Made by a program: the position numbers and the translations under genes. From positions 1,216,001 to 1,280,000 of the forward strand of contig OY759316.1 of NCBI GenBank assembly GCA_963662275.1: a stretch of 64,000 nt of DNA, read 5' to 3'. Origin of the DNA: Candidatus Cloacimonadales bacterium. GTDB lineage: Bacteria > Cloacimonadota > Cloacimonadia > Cloacimonadales > DAONDQ01. Positions 1-9,390 of the stretch are shown piece by piece. The notes beneath the pieces were generated by a model. It had not been told where the DNA came from. It searched no databases and was given only the letters and a program-made list of their open reading frames with translations. Within the stretch, counting starts at the first letter, position 1; the number at the start of each line of letters is the position of its first letter.

Positions 1-681
1 GATGCAAAAAGTGAAGACCGGAAGTACTAACAGGCACCAGAGGAACAGGTGAGCATTCAGAAATATTGCCAGCCGGATATAGATGATGATGGATATGATG
101 TTCTGCAGTGTGCTGAATAGATTATTGATGAATTGATTACTGACGATTTCCACATCATTCACCATACGTACGAGTGAATCACCAACCTTATTCTGGTTAA
201 AGAATGCCAGGGATTGGGATAAATATTTGCTGAACATCAGGCTGCGCACATCACGGATCGTCTTACCGCGAAGATTCGTAAACATGACTCGATTTGAATA
301 GTAACAGATATTCTTCAGGATATAAAGCCCAAGAATGATATAGCAAATGGAGAAAAGAAGAATCATGGAATCGGTTGAATTTAAAACAGCTTTAAAGGAT
401 TCTATTAAAGGTGCAAATTCCGTTGTTGGTCGCATTTTTAATAGGGAGCCGTAGTTTAATGTATAATTATGGACTGCTTGCCCCATTGCTGCTAAAAAAG
501 AGCTATAATCCGGATACAATATCTGCGGTTTATTCTTGACAAAGACATAATCGAGAAGAGGGATCATCATCGCAATGCTGACACCGCCAAGCATAGCATA
601 TAAGAACATGCTGATTATACCACCGACGACGAATCCCCAGTAGTGCAGCATGATTTTATAGATACGAATCAAATCTTTCAC
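1..681 (-). CDS. ABC transporter transmembrane/ATP-binding protein, MsbA-like (N-terminal part, truncated by window edge)
   Basis: Not in ORF track. Manual translation from GTG at 681: MKDLIRIYKIMLHYWGFVVGGIISMFLYAMLGG...IRDVRSLMFSKYLSQSLAFFNQNKVGDSLVRMVNDV, typical of the ABC membrane domain. Confidence 0.75.
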   Translation of the reverse strand, partial: MKDLIRIYKIMLHYWGFVVGGIISMFLYAMLGGVSIAMMIPLLDYVFVKNKPQILYPDYSSFLAAMGQAVHNYTLNYGSLLKMRPTTEFAPLIESFKAVLNSTDSMILLFSICYIILGLYILKNICYYSNRVMFTNLRGKTIRDVRSLMFSKYLSQSLAFFNQNKVGDSLVRMVNDVEIVSNQFINNLFSTLQNIISIIIYIRLAIFLNAHLFLWCLLVLPVFTFCI

Positions 682-765
682 ATATCATCCTATCGCTTAT
701 ACTCAATCTTTTATCAAAATCCAGTTTATTCTTGCAGTGTCAAGGAAAAAGGGCAGAAGGGGGAA

Positions 766-822
766 GAAGCGTACAGCATACAGCGTACAGCGTACAGCGT
801 ATAGCGTACAGGTGACAGGTTC
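766..822. repeat. Heptamer tandem array (ACAGCGT)n with variants
   Basis: agcgtacagcatacagcgtacagcgtacagcgtatagcgtacaggtgacagg read directly; lies just past the stop of the minus-strand methyltransferase. Confidence 0.9.
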
Positions 823-833
823 AGATAAAAGAA

Positions 834-1553
834 CTAACTCATTTGGGTGCACTTTGTTAATATCGGGTTTCGACATTCATAATACCGATATAGGGAAATA
901 CCTTTTGAGATCCCAAAAACACGACATGTTACATCTTCGAAAAAATATCTTAAAATTTCTTCAATCTCATCTGCTGTATTCACATGCTCATGTCTCATAA
1001 TCAACCCGTAATCAAGCTTGTATTTCAATCGAAATTCAAGCCCTGTTGTTGCTTTCCATCCTAACTTCCATAACCCGGTTCCCTCGCTTGGAATGGATGC
1101 CCTGAAAACACCATTTTTATTTAGAAGAAGACCGCTTTTTGCAATGCTATGCGGCAGGTTGCAGATATGCTCAAGTACAGCAATGGATGTGATTCTGTCA
1201 TAACGATTATTCATAGGAACCTCTGAGATATCAGCATAAATATTCCTAATTCTTTCGATTTGCGGTGAATTCTCAAATAAACCAGCCCTAGGTTCGACAA
1301 TATCATATAACGAAACTAAAGGTTCGTATCTCAACTGGTTTAAGGTTCCTGCTCCAAGTTCCAGAGTTACTTTGTTAGACTCATTTGAGATCATGACATC
1401 CTTAGCAACTTGACGATGGCACCAGGATTCTAGTCGTTGGGACATCGTTGAGGCGATGGACATTCCTTCTCGATTAGTTTTATATATTGATGCGTAATGG
1501 TCTGCGATTTCGTAGGGTAAGGCAGGACGCTGTTTGGAAAATTTGTCAAACAT
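834..1553 (-). CDS. Class I SAM-dependent methyltransferase
   Basis: Motif I TLELGAGT, YDRITSIAVLEHI, LNKNGVF; GGAG RBS upstream. Confidence 0.75.
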   Translation of the reverse strand: MFDKFSKQRPALPYEIADHYASIYKTNREGMSIASTMSQRLESWCHRQVAKDVMISNESNKVTLELGAGTLNQLRYEPLVSLYDIVEPRAGLFENSPQIERIRNIYADISEVPMNNRYDRITSIAVLEHICNLPHSIAKSGLLLNKNGVFRASIPSEGTGLWKLGWKATTGLEFRLKYKLDYGLIMRHEHVNTADEIEEILRYFFEDVTCRVFGISKGISLYRYYECRNPILTKCTQMS

Positions 1554-1585
1554 AATATCTCCAAGCTTATTTACTCGATTTTGAT

Positions 1586-1712
1586 CTTCCCAGAAAACGA
1601 GTTTTCGCAGCCGAGGATGAAAGGTCGGGTTTGAAGTCCGAATGCCCTTTTAGTCAGGTATTCAATGATAATTTGTTTAGGGCATTTGAACTCCAAACTC
1701 TTTGCTTTCATG
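1586..1712. repeat. Dispersed ~125 bp element containing a GAAGTCC...GAACTCC hairpin (copies at 33001-33217, 41497-41690, 61497-61690)
   Basis: Shared text cttcccagaaaacgagttttcg...gatgaaaggtcgg...agtccgaatgcccttttagtcaggtattcaatgataatttgtttagggcatttgaactccaaactc. Confidence 0.85.
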
Positions 1713-1849
1713 TAAACTCCAATTGCAGTCTGCTCTTCTCTGCAATTTTTAATTTTTAATTGGCTTAAGCCCCTTCGATCCGCCCCTAATATATGAAGAA
1801 AACGACAACAAACCATGAAAAAGGCATCAACCAGCCATGGTCGAAAAAA

Positions 1850-1903
1850 GTCTCGATTATGTCTCGGTTATTTCTCGTCATGTCTCGGTTATCACTCGGT
1901 AAT
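1850..1903. repeat. 11-bp period degenerate tandem array (GTCTCGGTTAT-like x5)
   Basis: gtctcgattat gtctcggttat ttctcgtcat gtctcggttat cactcggtaat. Confidence 0.75.
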
Positions 1904-2370
1904 CATATAGAAGCCACTCGTGTGCTGTAGGGACTGCTCGTATTCAGGTTCCAGAAACGAATGGTATGTAGTAACTGATATATGCAAATGTACTTAGATT
2001 TTGAAAGAATGTCAATGACTATTTATCTTGTCGTCATTCTCTTCCTTCGAACTTCGGAATAGCCTAATAAATTAAGCGCTCCACCCGGAAAGCTGTTTTT
2101 AACCGGCTATGCATCTGCAACTTCGTACTTCGCACATCGAACTTCGAAATAGCCTAGTAAATTAAGCGTTCCGGCAGAAGCATAGCCATCTTCCCTTGCC
2201 ACCAATCCCTACAAAGTACACTATTGCCTCAACAACTTCACAAATCTCCATCCAAATTCCTCACTCCATGCTCTTTTCTGGCTAAAGATAACCCCTCATA
2301 AGTGTCTTTTAATACTACCATAATAGTACAGTCAAAAACCGCCAAACAAACAAAACAAAACCGCTCCTTC

Positions 2371-2425
2371 CTGCGGTTCTGCTGCGGTGGTCCTGCGGTA
2401 GTGTAGCGGTTGTGCTGTTGTTCTG
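2371..2425. repeat. 11-bp period degenerate tandem array (CTGCGGTTCTG-like x5)
   Basis: ctgcggttctg ctgcggtggtc ctgcggtagtg tagcggttgtg ctgttgttctg. Confidence 0.75.
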
Positions 2426-2463
2426 TTAAAAGAGCGGTTCATGTGGGAAAGGGGAGTGAAGAG

Positions 2464-2590
2464 AATTAAAAATTAAAAATTCAAAATTAAAATGGCAGAG
2501 TAGAGTTCAAGAATTGAAGATTGAAGATTGAAGATGGAAGATTGGCAGATCAGGGCCAGCAGAATGGAAGATGGAAGATTGGCAGAGCAG
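2464..2590. repeat. Heptamer arrays (AATTAAA)n and (ATTGAAG/ATGGAAG)n
   Basis: Read directly; downstream of the minus-strand gene ending at 2601. Confidence 0.8.
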
Positions 2591-2600
2591 AAGGTTCAGT

Positions 2601-3020
2601 CTACAAAGTGAAATCCACATTGGTCAAGCCATGGTAGTAGTTGCCCTGGCGGGTGGTAAACTCAAGAACTGCATAATCAGGGTCATCGATTCCCTGGGGA
2701 TAGTACATGGTATAACCGGGCTTCCACATCATTTCCCGAGCTTCCCGATCGAACCGTAAGGTGATATCACCAACCAGGAGTAAGCCCATGAACCTTGTTT
2801 CATCCACAAAGTAGATGGAAGCCTTTGTGTCATCACGCAATTGAGCAACGCGTTTTGAACCGGTATTGGTGAGTAGCCAGATTTTTTCGATACCTTCATG
2901 CTTTGTGTTGAGCATAGCTTTCAGACGGGGATAACCATCGGTATGATTGGTTCCCAGGAAACAGATACGACTATTCTGGATCAGTTCTTTTCCTGCTTCG
3001 ATCGCTTCGTTAATTTGCAT
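2601..3020 (-). CDS. Pyridoxamine 5'-phosphate oxidase-like / general stress protein (FMN-binding split barrel)
   Basis: LGT...GYP.L.AM, TNTGSKRVAQL, YYPQGIDDPDYAVLEF; GGAGG RBS. Confidence 0.8.
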   Translation of the reverse strand: MQINEAIEAGKELIQNSRICFLGTNHTDGYPRLKAMLNTKHEGIEKIWLLTNTGSKRVAQLRDDTKASIYFVDETRFMGLLLVGDITLRFDREAREMMWKPGYTMYYPQGIDDPDYAVLEFTTRQGNYYHGLTNVDFTL

Positions 3021-3228
3021 GCAGTCCTCCTGAATTCCGAAATTATTTTAGACGAGTGTTATCGACGCTCATTTTTTAGTCAAGAATCAAACTCTCCCTC
3101 GGTCCCTCCCTTTATCCAAAGGGAGGGAAGGGTCACATCGGTGCATCTCGATACAATTTCTCCTTCGTCGAAATCACACTGTCACCTGTCACCTACCACC
3201 TGTAACCTGTAACCTACAAGCTCGTATG

Positions 3229-4095
3229 CTACTCCGCCTTCACTTTGACCGGTAATCCGATCGGCATATTGGCTACATTAGGCTGGAAGGATAAAATGAT
3301 CTCCTGGTATTTAGCGGATGTTTTCTCTTTTGTATTTTCTGTCTGAGTTGTTTTTGGTCTCAAGAATCTCGATGCTGATTTAAAAGTAGCGGTTCCGAGT
3401 AATACATCTGTTTCTGCATTGAAGACCTGGAAAGCCTTATCTTGGTTGAGTTTCCCGATCCAATAGGTTTCCAGGTCACCTACGATCTCCAGTTTACTGG
3501 AACCCATCTGTAAACGGTCTATATCAGTTGGACTGAAAGCTTCTCCTACGTGGAGGTCACTTTTATAAATAATTCCATCCTGGGGTGCGTAAAGGTATCT
3601 ATCCTGCAATTTTGCGAAGTTCGTCTCAGCATTCTTCTGATTGACCTTTACCTGTTCCTCATCAATTTCCTTCTTGATCTTGATCTGTAAGTAATCAGCC
3701 TGGGGTTGAACCTCTTCTTTAAATAAAATTGCACTGCGTGAATAACTGTCATTACTTGCTTCAGCTACTTTTTTGGCATAATCGACCTGTGACAGCGATG
3801 ATTCGTAGGCTTTCTTTTCCGTAATATCATCGAAAGCGATGAGCAATTGCCCTTTCACAATATGGCTACCTTCAATAAAATTCAGTTGTTTGATAATTCC
3901 TGCTGTTTTTGGACTCAATGTAATGATCTTACCTTCGGGTTGAACCTGTCCATAAAATTCAATTGGAGTAGCATTCAGTACCGGTGCTTTTGCTGGAGGA
4001 TAAGTGTGGGATACTTTCTTTAGACTATTGAAGATAAAGTATGACATAGCTGCCACGACGATCAGAATAAGGGCAATGATGATGTATTTTTTCAT
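3229..4095 (-). CDS. HlyD/DevB-type periplasmic adaptor subunit
   Basis: N-terminal TM anchor, lipoyl half-motifs LSPKTAGII..L...EG..I.KGQLL and LYAPQDGII, coiled-coil hairpin. Confidence 0.8.
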   Translation of the reverse strand: MKKYIIIALILIVVAAMSYFIFNSLKKVSHTYPPAKAPVLNATPIEFYGQVQPEGKIITLSPKTAGIIKQLNFIEGSHIVKGQLLIAFDDITEKKAYESSLSQVDYAKKVAEASNDSYSRSAILFKEEVQPQADYLQIKIKKEIDEEQVKVNQKNAETNFAKLQDRYLYAPQDGIIYKSDLHVGEAFSPTDIDRLQMGSSKLEIVGDLETYWIGKLNQDKAFQVFNAETDVLLGTATFKSASRFLRPKTTQTENTKEKTSAKYQEIILSFQPNVANMPIGLPVKVKAE

Positions 4096-4106
4096 GTTAA
4101 TTTACC

Positions 4107-4832
4107 TCAAGTCTCGTTATAACGAGTATCTGCTGTAATTCTACCATAGATGACCTGGATCAGTCTGTCCGCATATGGAAACACACGTGAATCATGCGTT
4201 ACCAGTACAACAGCCTTGTTCTCCTTGCTGAGAGCCTTCAGAGTATCCAGCACTATTGTGCTGCTTTCAATATCCAGGGAGGATGTAGGTTCATCGCAAA
4301 GAACCAGGGAAGGATTATTGATCAGAGCTCGGGCGATGGCAACTCTCTGTTTTTGACCACCTGATAGTTTTTCAATATTGTAGGATAGAAAATCTCCCAG
4401 TCCTAATAAGTCTAATGTCTTTTTCGCCTGTATCTTCTTTTCTGTCGTGACAGGATCGCCCTGCACAGCCAATGCGATCAGGACGTTCTCCATCACAGTC
4501 AATGCAGGTATCATGGCTGCAGTTTGAAACACAAAGCCGAAATTCCGTAAACGGATGGAAGCTAATTTATTATCATTTAAGGAAGTAATATCCTTGTTGT
4601 TGACGAAGATCTTGCCTTCTGTCGGCTTGAGAATCAATGCCATCATGGTTAAAATGGTTGTCTTTCCGCTCCCTGAAGGACCGGATATGACTGTTAATTC
4701 TCCCGGATAGATAGACAGGTTCAAAGGAAAGATAACTCTCCTGATATTACGTCCGTCTGAAAAGTCCTTCGCAATATCTATCATTTGAACAACAGGAGCA
4801 ACGAGGTTTGGATTGATATCTTTCATACTCAT
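4107..4832 (-). CDS. ABC transporter ATP-binding protein (LolD/DevA type)
   Basis: Walker A GPSGSGKT, LSGGQKQRVAIARAL, LCDEPT, VTHD. Start moved from 4883 to ATG 4832 to avoid overlap with the permease. Confidence 0.9.
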   Translation of the reverse strand: MSMKDINPNLVAPVVQMIDIAKDFSDGRNIRRVIFPLNLSIYPGELTVISGPSGSGKTTILTMMALILKPTEGKIFVNNKDITSLNDNKLASIRLRNFGFVFQTAAMIPALTVMENVLIALAVQGDPVTTEKKIQAKKTLDLLGLGDFLSYNIEKLSGGQKQRVAIARALINNPSLVLCDEPTSSLDIESSTIVLDTLKALSKENKAVVLVTHDSRVFPYADRLIQVIYGRITADTRYNET

Positions 4833-4833
4833 A

Positions 4834-5955
4834 TTACCTGAAAATGCCTGCAGGGTCAACGCTGATGGCTCTCCGTAGGGCAATGGAAGAACCTACAAGA
4901 CAGATCAAGAATGTTGAGATTGCCAAAATCGGGGAGATGTACCAGGGCATGAAACTCGGCAGGGCAGTGTCATATGTTCCTGTTAGAAAAGCTGCCAATA
5001 GGACAAAGCCAGCGAATATCCCGATTATCGCAATGTACACTGCCTGGAGGAAAACGATCCAACCTATGTCCCTATTCCTGGCACCCAGCACTTTGAGCAT
5101 GGCGTAATCCCTTGTTTTATTTAACACGTTCGTATATAGCGTTAGAGCGATAATGACAAAGCCTACGAGGATGCCGATGAGTGTGGAAAATCCGAAACTC
5201 GTGCCAATACCGGAGTTCTTAAGGTAATAGAATACGGTACTCTTTGAAATTTCAGGAGTGAGGTAAACAGCCGTGCGGGGAAGAAGCCTGCTGATCATTT
5301 CCTTCATTTTTGTCTTGTCTATGCTGTCATCGACCTTCACCAGCAAACAGGTTGTGCGATCCAAGCCAACACCACCAATTTCTCTTGCTTTGGCGATATT
5401 CGTAAAGACCAGGCTGCCTCCGAAACCTCTAACACCTTCTGTTAGTGCAACCAGCCGAACTCTAACGCCATTGATTTCAAAGATGTCATTAATTTTGGGA
5501 TTCCCCAGTGAAGGCAGGTCTAGATTATCGAGTGTAATTCCTTCAGGGTCATATAGATTCTCCAGTCTTCCTGCATACCAACGGTTAGGCGCACCTGTAT
5601 ACCGTGGGGGATTCAAACCAACGACCTGCACACCTACATTGTAGCCATTGCTTTGCTTCAAGGTTCCGGCATTGATGATCAGCGGATCGATTGATTTGAT
5701 ACCGGATAAGCCTGCTAATCTATCCTGGTAGGCACTGGGAATGGATCCTGTGGCATTGATATTATCTGTATTCTGGGCAAAAACCCATATATCTGCTCCA
5801 CTGATATCCACGATTCTTGACATAAAGGCGGTAAGCCCGAAGAAAGTAGTTAACTGCTGTCCAACGAGGAAAATGATGACGATTACCCCGGCTATAGAAC
5901 CCAGGGCAGCAGCACGATCATGGAACAGCATTTTAAAGGCAGCTAAACTACGCAT
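4834..5955 (-). CDS. ABC transporter permease (MacB/FtsX/DevC type)
   Basis: SGADIWV periplasmic domain start, YAMLKVLGA, C-terminal VDPAGIFR, 4 TM segments. Confidence 0.85.
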   Translation of the reverse strand: MRSLAAFKMLFHDRAAALGSIAGVIVIIFLVGQQLTTFFGLTAFMSRIVDISGADIWVFAQNTDNINATGSIPSAYQDRLAGLSGIKSIDPLIINAGTLKQSNGYNVGVQVVGLNPPRYTGAPNRWYAGRLENLYDPEGITLDNLDLPSLGNPKINDIFEINGVRVRLVALTEGVRGFGGSLVFTNIAKAREIGGVGLDRTTCLLVKVDDSIDKTKMKEMISRLLPRTAVYLTPEISKSTVFYYLKNSGIGTSFGFSTLIGILVGFVIIALTLYTNVLNKTRDYAMLKVLGARNRDIGWIVFLQAVYIAIIGIFAGFVLLAAFLTGTYDTALPSFMPWYISPILAISTFLICLVGSSIALRRAISVDPAGIFR

Positions 5956-6970
5956 GGATCAGCTCTTTTAGAAGCACTTTGTGACAGTCCGAGTAGTTTT
6001 CAGGCACATGATTACAAAATTGCTTGAGAATGGGTTGGTAAGATTTACTACCGCCTCCAATTGTCAGCATCTTCGGAAATTCATTCCGAACATCTTGCAT
6101 GAGGCTCTTGAATTGAATCAGGAAGGCAAGCATACTGACAGAAATGATAAGTGCATCGGGTTTGAAGGCTGTGAGAGCACTGAGGATATCCTGTTTTGGC
6201 ATGCTGCTTCCCATAAATATCACCGTCCAACCTTTGTATTCAAGATAACGGGAAAGCAGATTCATGCCTATGGAATGAAGATCACCCGGTACTGAGGTGA
6301 TACAGATTTTCTTCTCAAGCTTGTTCTCGGAAGTCAGTGTAGAAAATATTTGATGAGCCACTATCAGCAAATTAAGGGAAGCGATATGTTCATCAGCAAC
6401 ACTGATTTTGTTTTGCCACCAGAGAGTTCCGATATCTCGAAGGCTTTGAAGAAACAACTGCTCGATAGTACATTCGATGTCATTATTAGAGAAGTAATCT
6501 TTTACCAGGGAGAATGCAATTATACGGTCATTATCCATCAAAGCCCGAATGAAAGGAGTAATTTCCAGGGGTGGAGTCTCATTCTTGAAAAGACTATGAG
6601 GATCATAATTGTGGTTTGAAGTGATGAAGTTTACAATTTCTGCAGATAGATTTGCAGGCAGGTTAGCCATAATGGCTGTTTTCCAGAATTTCATCATACT
6701 TATCAGAATATCTGTGGGGATTTGCCTATGTAGAAATGACCCGACAATGAAGCTAATTTCTTCAGACAAGGCTTCCTTGATATCAAATTCCAGGATGGAA
6801 GTTAAACTCAAGGCAAAGTGGCTCTGGGCTTCAATGATAAACTGCAGTTGCAATGGGGTAACTGTTCCTGAGTGACTATACTCAATTTGAAAAGAGCGAA
6901 TGACGGTATTTAAAATCTGGGCATTGTATTGATGGTAGCTTTCTACCGCTTTGTCAGATAATGTTTTCAT
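5948..6970 (-). CDS. Cobalamin-binding domain protein (CarH/AerR-like B12 module, no HTH)
   Basis: IGTLWWQNKISVADEH (W-x9-EH), GDLHSIG (DxHxxG), Rossmann part LIISVSM...IGGG; overlaps permease start. Confidence 0.8.
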   Translation of the reverse strand: MKTLSDKAVESYHQYNAQILNTVIRSFQIEYSHSGTVTPLQLQFIIEAQSHFALSLTSILEFDIKEALSEEISFIVGSFLHRQIPTDILISMMKFWKTAIMANLPANLSAEIVNFITSNHNYDPHSLFKNETPPLEITPFIRALMDNDRIIAFSLVKDYFSNNDIECTIEQLFLQSLRDIGTLWWQNKISVADEHIASLNLLIVAHQIFSTLTSENKLEKKICITSVPGDLHSIGMNLLSRYLEYKGWTVIFMGSSMPKQDILSALTAFKPDALIISVSMLAFLIQFKSLMQDVRNEFPKMLTIGGGSKSYQPILKQFCNHVPENYSDCHKVLLKELIHA

Positions 6971-7181
6971 ATCATCCTCATTTATTTCACATACGCTTAT
7001 AATTTAAAATGTAATCCATGTGAATATTTTGGCAACTTATGCTTGCGTTGGACTTCAAATCTCCAAAATATCTAATGTTTCTAACTTGACTAAAAGGAGA
7101 TTTGGAGTTCAACCCCGAATTACTAAAGTACCCAACTATTGTTCGCTCATCATTATCTAGTACAAATGAACACCAGAATAA

Positions 7182-7304
7182 CAGAATCAAACTCTCCGAC
7201 CTAAAGGTCACCTCCCTTTATCCAAAGGGAGGAATGATACAAGTCAGCATCAGGTCTGATTTCCCTCCCTTTGGATAAAGGGAGGGTAGGGGAGAGTTTG
7301 ATTC
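7182..7304. repeat. MITE/REP-like composite inverted repeat with CCTCCCTTTATCCAAAGGGAGG hairpins (related copies ~3082-3127, 10466-10516, 30270-30330, 41149-41190, 58464-58578)
   Basis: agaatcaaactctcc at the left pairs with ggagagtttgattct at the right; two internal hairpins in opposite orientation. Confidence 0.8.
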
Positions 7305-7621
7305 TCTTCTATCCGGAAGTTTGGAGTTCATTCATCCTTCGTATCTATCTATTTGGATTAGCTAAAAGGATGAGTGGACTTCATACTTCTTGTTATCAGA
7401 TTCAGAAGTCCGCAAGCCTTAATAGTCAGGTATTCACAAATGATAGGTAGGGCTTTTGAACTCCAAAATCTTTTGAATCATCTATCGTCCCGATGGGACT
7501 TAGGTTTTTTTCTTTCTCGTAGCACCGGATTAAAATCCAGTGTTAATATGTTTCTTCCCTACGGGAATAAGAGTATATGCAAGCACGATTGTCCGGTTCT
7601 TATAACAAGTATGATATTGCG

Positions 7622-7756
7622 GATCGTCCGGTACGGACGATAGCTGAGTATGAAATCCACCAGTCCGGTACGGACGATAGGTAATAACGCTCGGATTTCA
7701 ATCCGGCGATATGTGACTCTAAGCGACCGATCCACCAGTCCAGTACGGACGACAGG
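7622..7756. repeat. Three copies of GTCC(G/A)GTACGGACGA palindromic REP-like unit
   Basis: atcgtccggtacggacgatag; atccaccagtccggtacggacgatagg; atccaccagtccagtacggacgacagg. Confidence 0.7.
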
Positions 7757-7780
7757 TATGATGTGGCGGACTCTTTGGTA

Positions 7781-7813
7781 TTCTTCTCTTCTCTTCTCTT
7801 CTCTTCTCTTCTC
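7781..7813. repeat. (CTCTT)n pentamer microsatellite
   Basis: Read directly. Confidence 0.85.
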
Positions 7814-7922
7814 TGCAACTTCGTCCTTCGAACTTCCGAGATTCTGTTACCTAATCAAATATTCCTTGACGCATAAGCATACTACCGAAAATTAGGAAAA
7901 AAAAGACCGCAAGGAGTAGAAC

Positions 7923-9236
7923 ATGAAGCGTAAAGTCATTATCATGGGTGCAGCAGGAAGAGATTTTCATAATTTCAACCTCTTCTATCGCGACAACGAT
8001 TCCTATGAAGTGGTTGCCTTCACTGCAACTCAGATTCCTGGAATCGACGACAAGAAATACCCAGCCGAATTAGCCGGGAAACTGTATCCTAACGGGATTA
8101 ACATCTACCCCGAAGCCGAATTGACAAACCTGATCAAAAAATACAATGTCGATCTGGTCGTCTTCGCCTACAGTGATGTTCCTCATGAACGTGTGATGCA
8201 TAATGCATCTCTCGTTACTGCAGCCGGTGCTGATTTTGTCCTTATGGGCGTAAACCAGACCCGCGTTAAGACAACCAAACCTTTGGTCACTATCTGTGCC
8301 TCACGTACAGGTTGCGGCAAAAGCCAAACCACACGTGCAGTAGTGAAAGCCCTGAAAGCAAAAGGCTTGAAAGTTGTGTCTATTCGTCATCCCATGCCTT
8401 ATGGTGACCTGGTAGCACAAAAAGTTCAACGCTATGCAACACTTGATGATCTTGTGAAGCACAAATGCACAGTGGAAGAAATGGAAGAGTACGAACCACA
8501 TATTGCTATCGGTTCCGTGATTTATGCCGGTGTCGATTATGAAGCAATCGTTCGTGAAGCTGAGAAAGAAGCTGATGTGATCGTATGGGACGGCGGAAAC
8601 AATGATACGCCTTTCTACACATCTGACAAAGAACTGAAGATAGTTGTTGTCGACCCACATCGTCCAGGTGCAGAATTATCTTACCACCCAGGCGAAGCGA
8701 ATGTTCACATGGCTGATGTCATTGTGATCAATAAGATCGATACAGCCGATTTGGAAGATATCCTTGAAGTTCGTGAGAACGTCCGCTCAATCAACAAGAA
8801 AGCAATCATCATTGATGGCGCTTCTCCTGTTTCTGTGGATCATCCCGAACTCATCACCGGTAAAAGAGTCCTCGTTGTGGAAGATGGTCCTACCCTCACC
8901 CACGGTGAAATGACTTACGGTGCCGGCATTATTGCCGCAGAGAAGTACGGCGCAGAAGACTTAGTTGATCCTCGTCCATACGCTGTTGGCGAAATTCAAG
9001 AAACTTTCGAAAAGTATCCTGATATTGGTATTCTTCTTCCTGCAATGGGTTACAGCGACCAGCAGATCAAAGATATGGAAACGACGATCAATGCAACCGA
9101 ATGCGATTCAGTTGTGATTGCAACTCCAATCGACCTTCGTCGTATCATTAAGATCAACAAACCAGCCTGCCGTGTAACTTATGATCTCCAGGAAATTGGC
9201 GCTCCAACGATCGCTGATGTTCTGAAAGATTTCTAA
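7923..9236 (+). CDS. COG2403-type P-loop protein (often annotated GTPase or cyclic 2,3-diphosphoglycerate synthase); probable arginine synthetase ArcE
   Basis: MGAAGRDFHNFN N-terminus, P-loop RTGCGKS, RHPMPYG, WDGGNND, VEDGPTLTHG; AGGAG RBS; adjacent to carbamate kinase. Confidence 0.75.
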   Translation: MKRKVIIMGAAGRDFHNFNLFYRDNDSYEVVAFTATQIPGIDDKKYPAELAGKLYPNGINIYPEAELTNLIKKYNVDLVVFAYSDVPHERVMHNASLVTAAGADFVLMGVNQTRVKTTKPLVTICASRTGCGKSQTTRAVVKALKAKGLKVVSIRHPMPYGDLVAQKVQRYATLDDLVKHKCTVEEMEEYEPHIAIGSVIYAGVDYEAIVREAEKEADVIVWDGGNNDTPFYTSDKELKIVVVDPHRPGAELSYHPGEANVHMADVIVINKIDTADLEDILEVRENVRSINKKAIIIDGASPVSVDHPELITGKRVLVVEDGPTLTHGEMTYGAGIIAAEKYGAEDLVDPRPYAVGEIQETFEKYPDIGILLPAMGYSDQQIKDMETTINATECDSVVIATPIDLRRIIKINKPACRVTYDLQEIGAPTIADVLKDF

Positions 9237-9304
9237 AAAAGTTAAATATAAACTATCATAATGGCAAGGAGACTTACTACGGTAAGTCTCCTTCCTTGTC
9301 TTAT

Positions 9305-9330
9305 GTAGAGACGCCCAATTGGGGCGTCTC
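9305..9330. repeat. GTAG-type REP-like palindrome GTAGAGACGCCCAA-TT-GGGGCGTCTC (copies 13954-13978, 23504-23532, 23556-23581, 30192-30220, 30248-30270)
   Basis: Six near-identical copies read directly, all intergenic. Confidence 0.9.
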
Positions 9331-9390
9331 AATGAACTGGAAGGGTTTACTCCCGCAAACCCCTACGAAAAGCAATGGAGGATTCGAAAT

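Noticed and set aside
737..1000. 87-aa ORF with TAYSVQR repeats
   Set aside because: Translation of a heptamer array, antisense to the methyltransferase.
1571..1816. Short ORFs over the hairpin elements (also 6987-7211, 7374-7895, 33046-33318, 58399-58632)
   Set aside because: Composed of non-coding repeat sequence, with no recognisable domain or RBS.
2047..2172. Two 36-bp direct repeats 90 bp apart, CRISPR-like
   Set aside because: Only two imperfect copies, the 54-bp spacer is itself repetitive, and there are no cas genes.
9319..9390. N-terminal extension of arcC
   Set aside because: It starts within a REP palindrome; GGAGG precedes ATG 9391.
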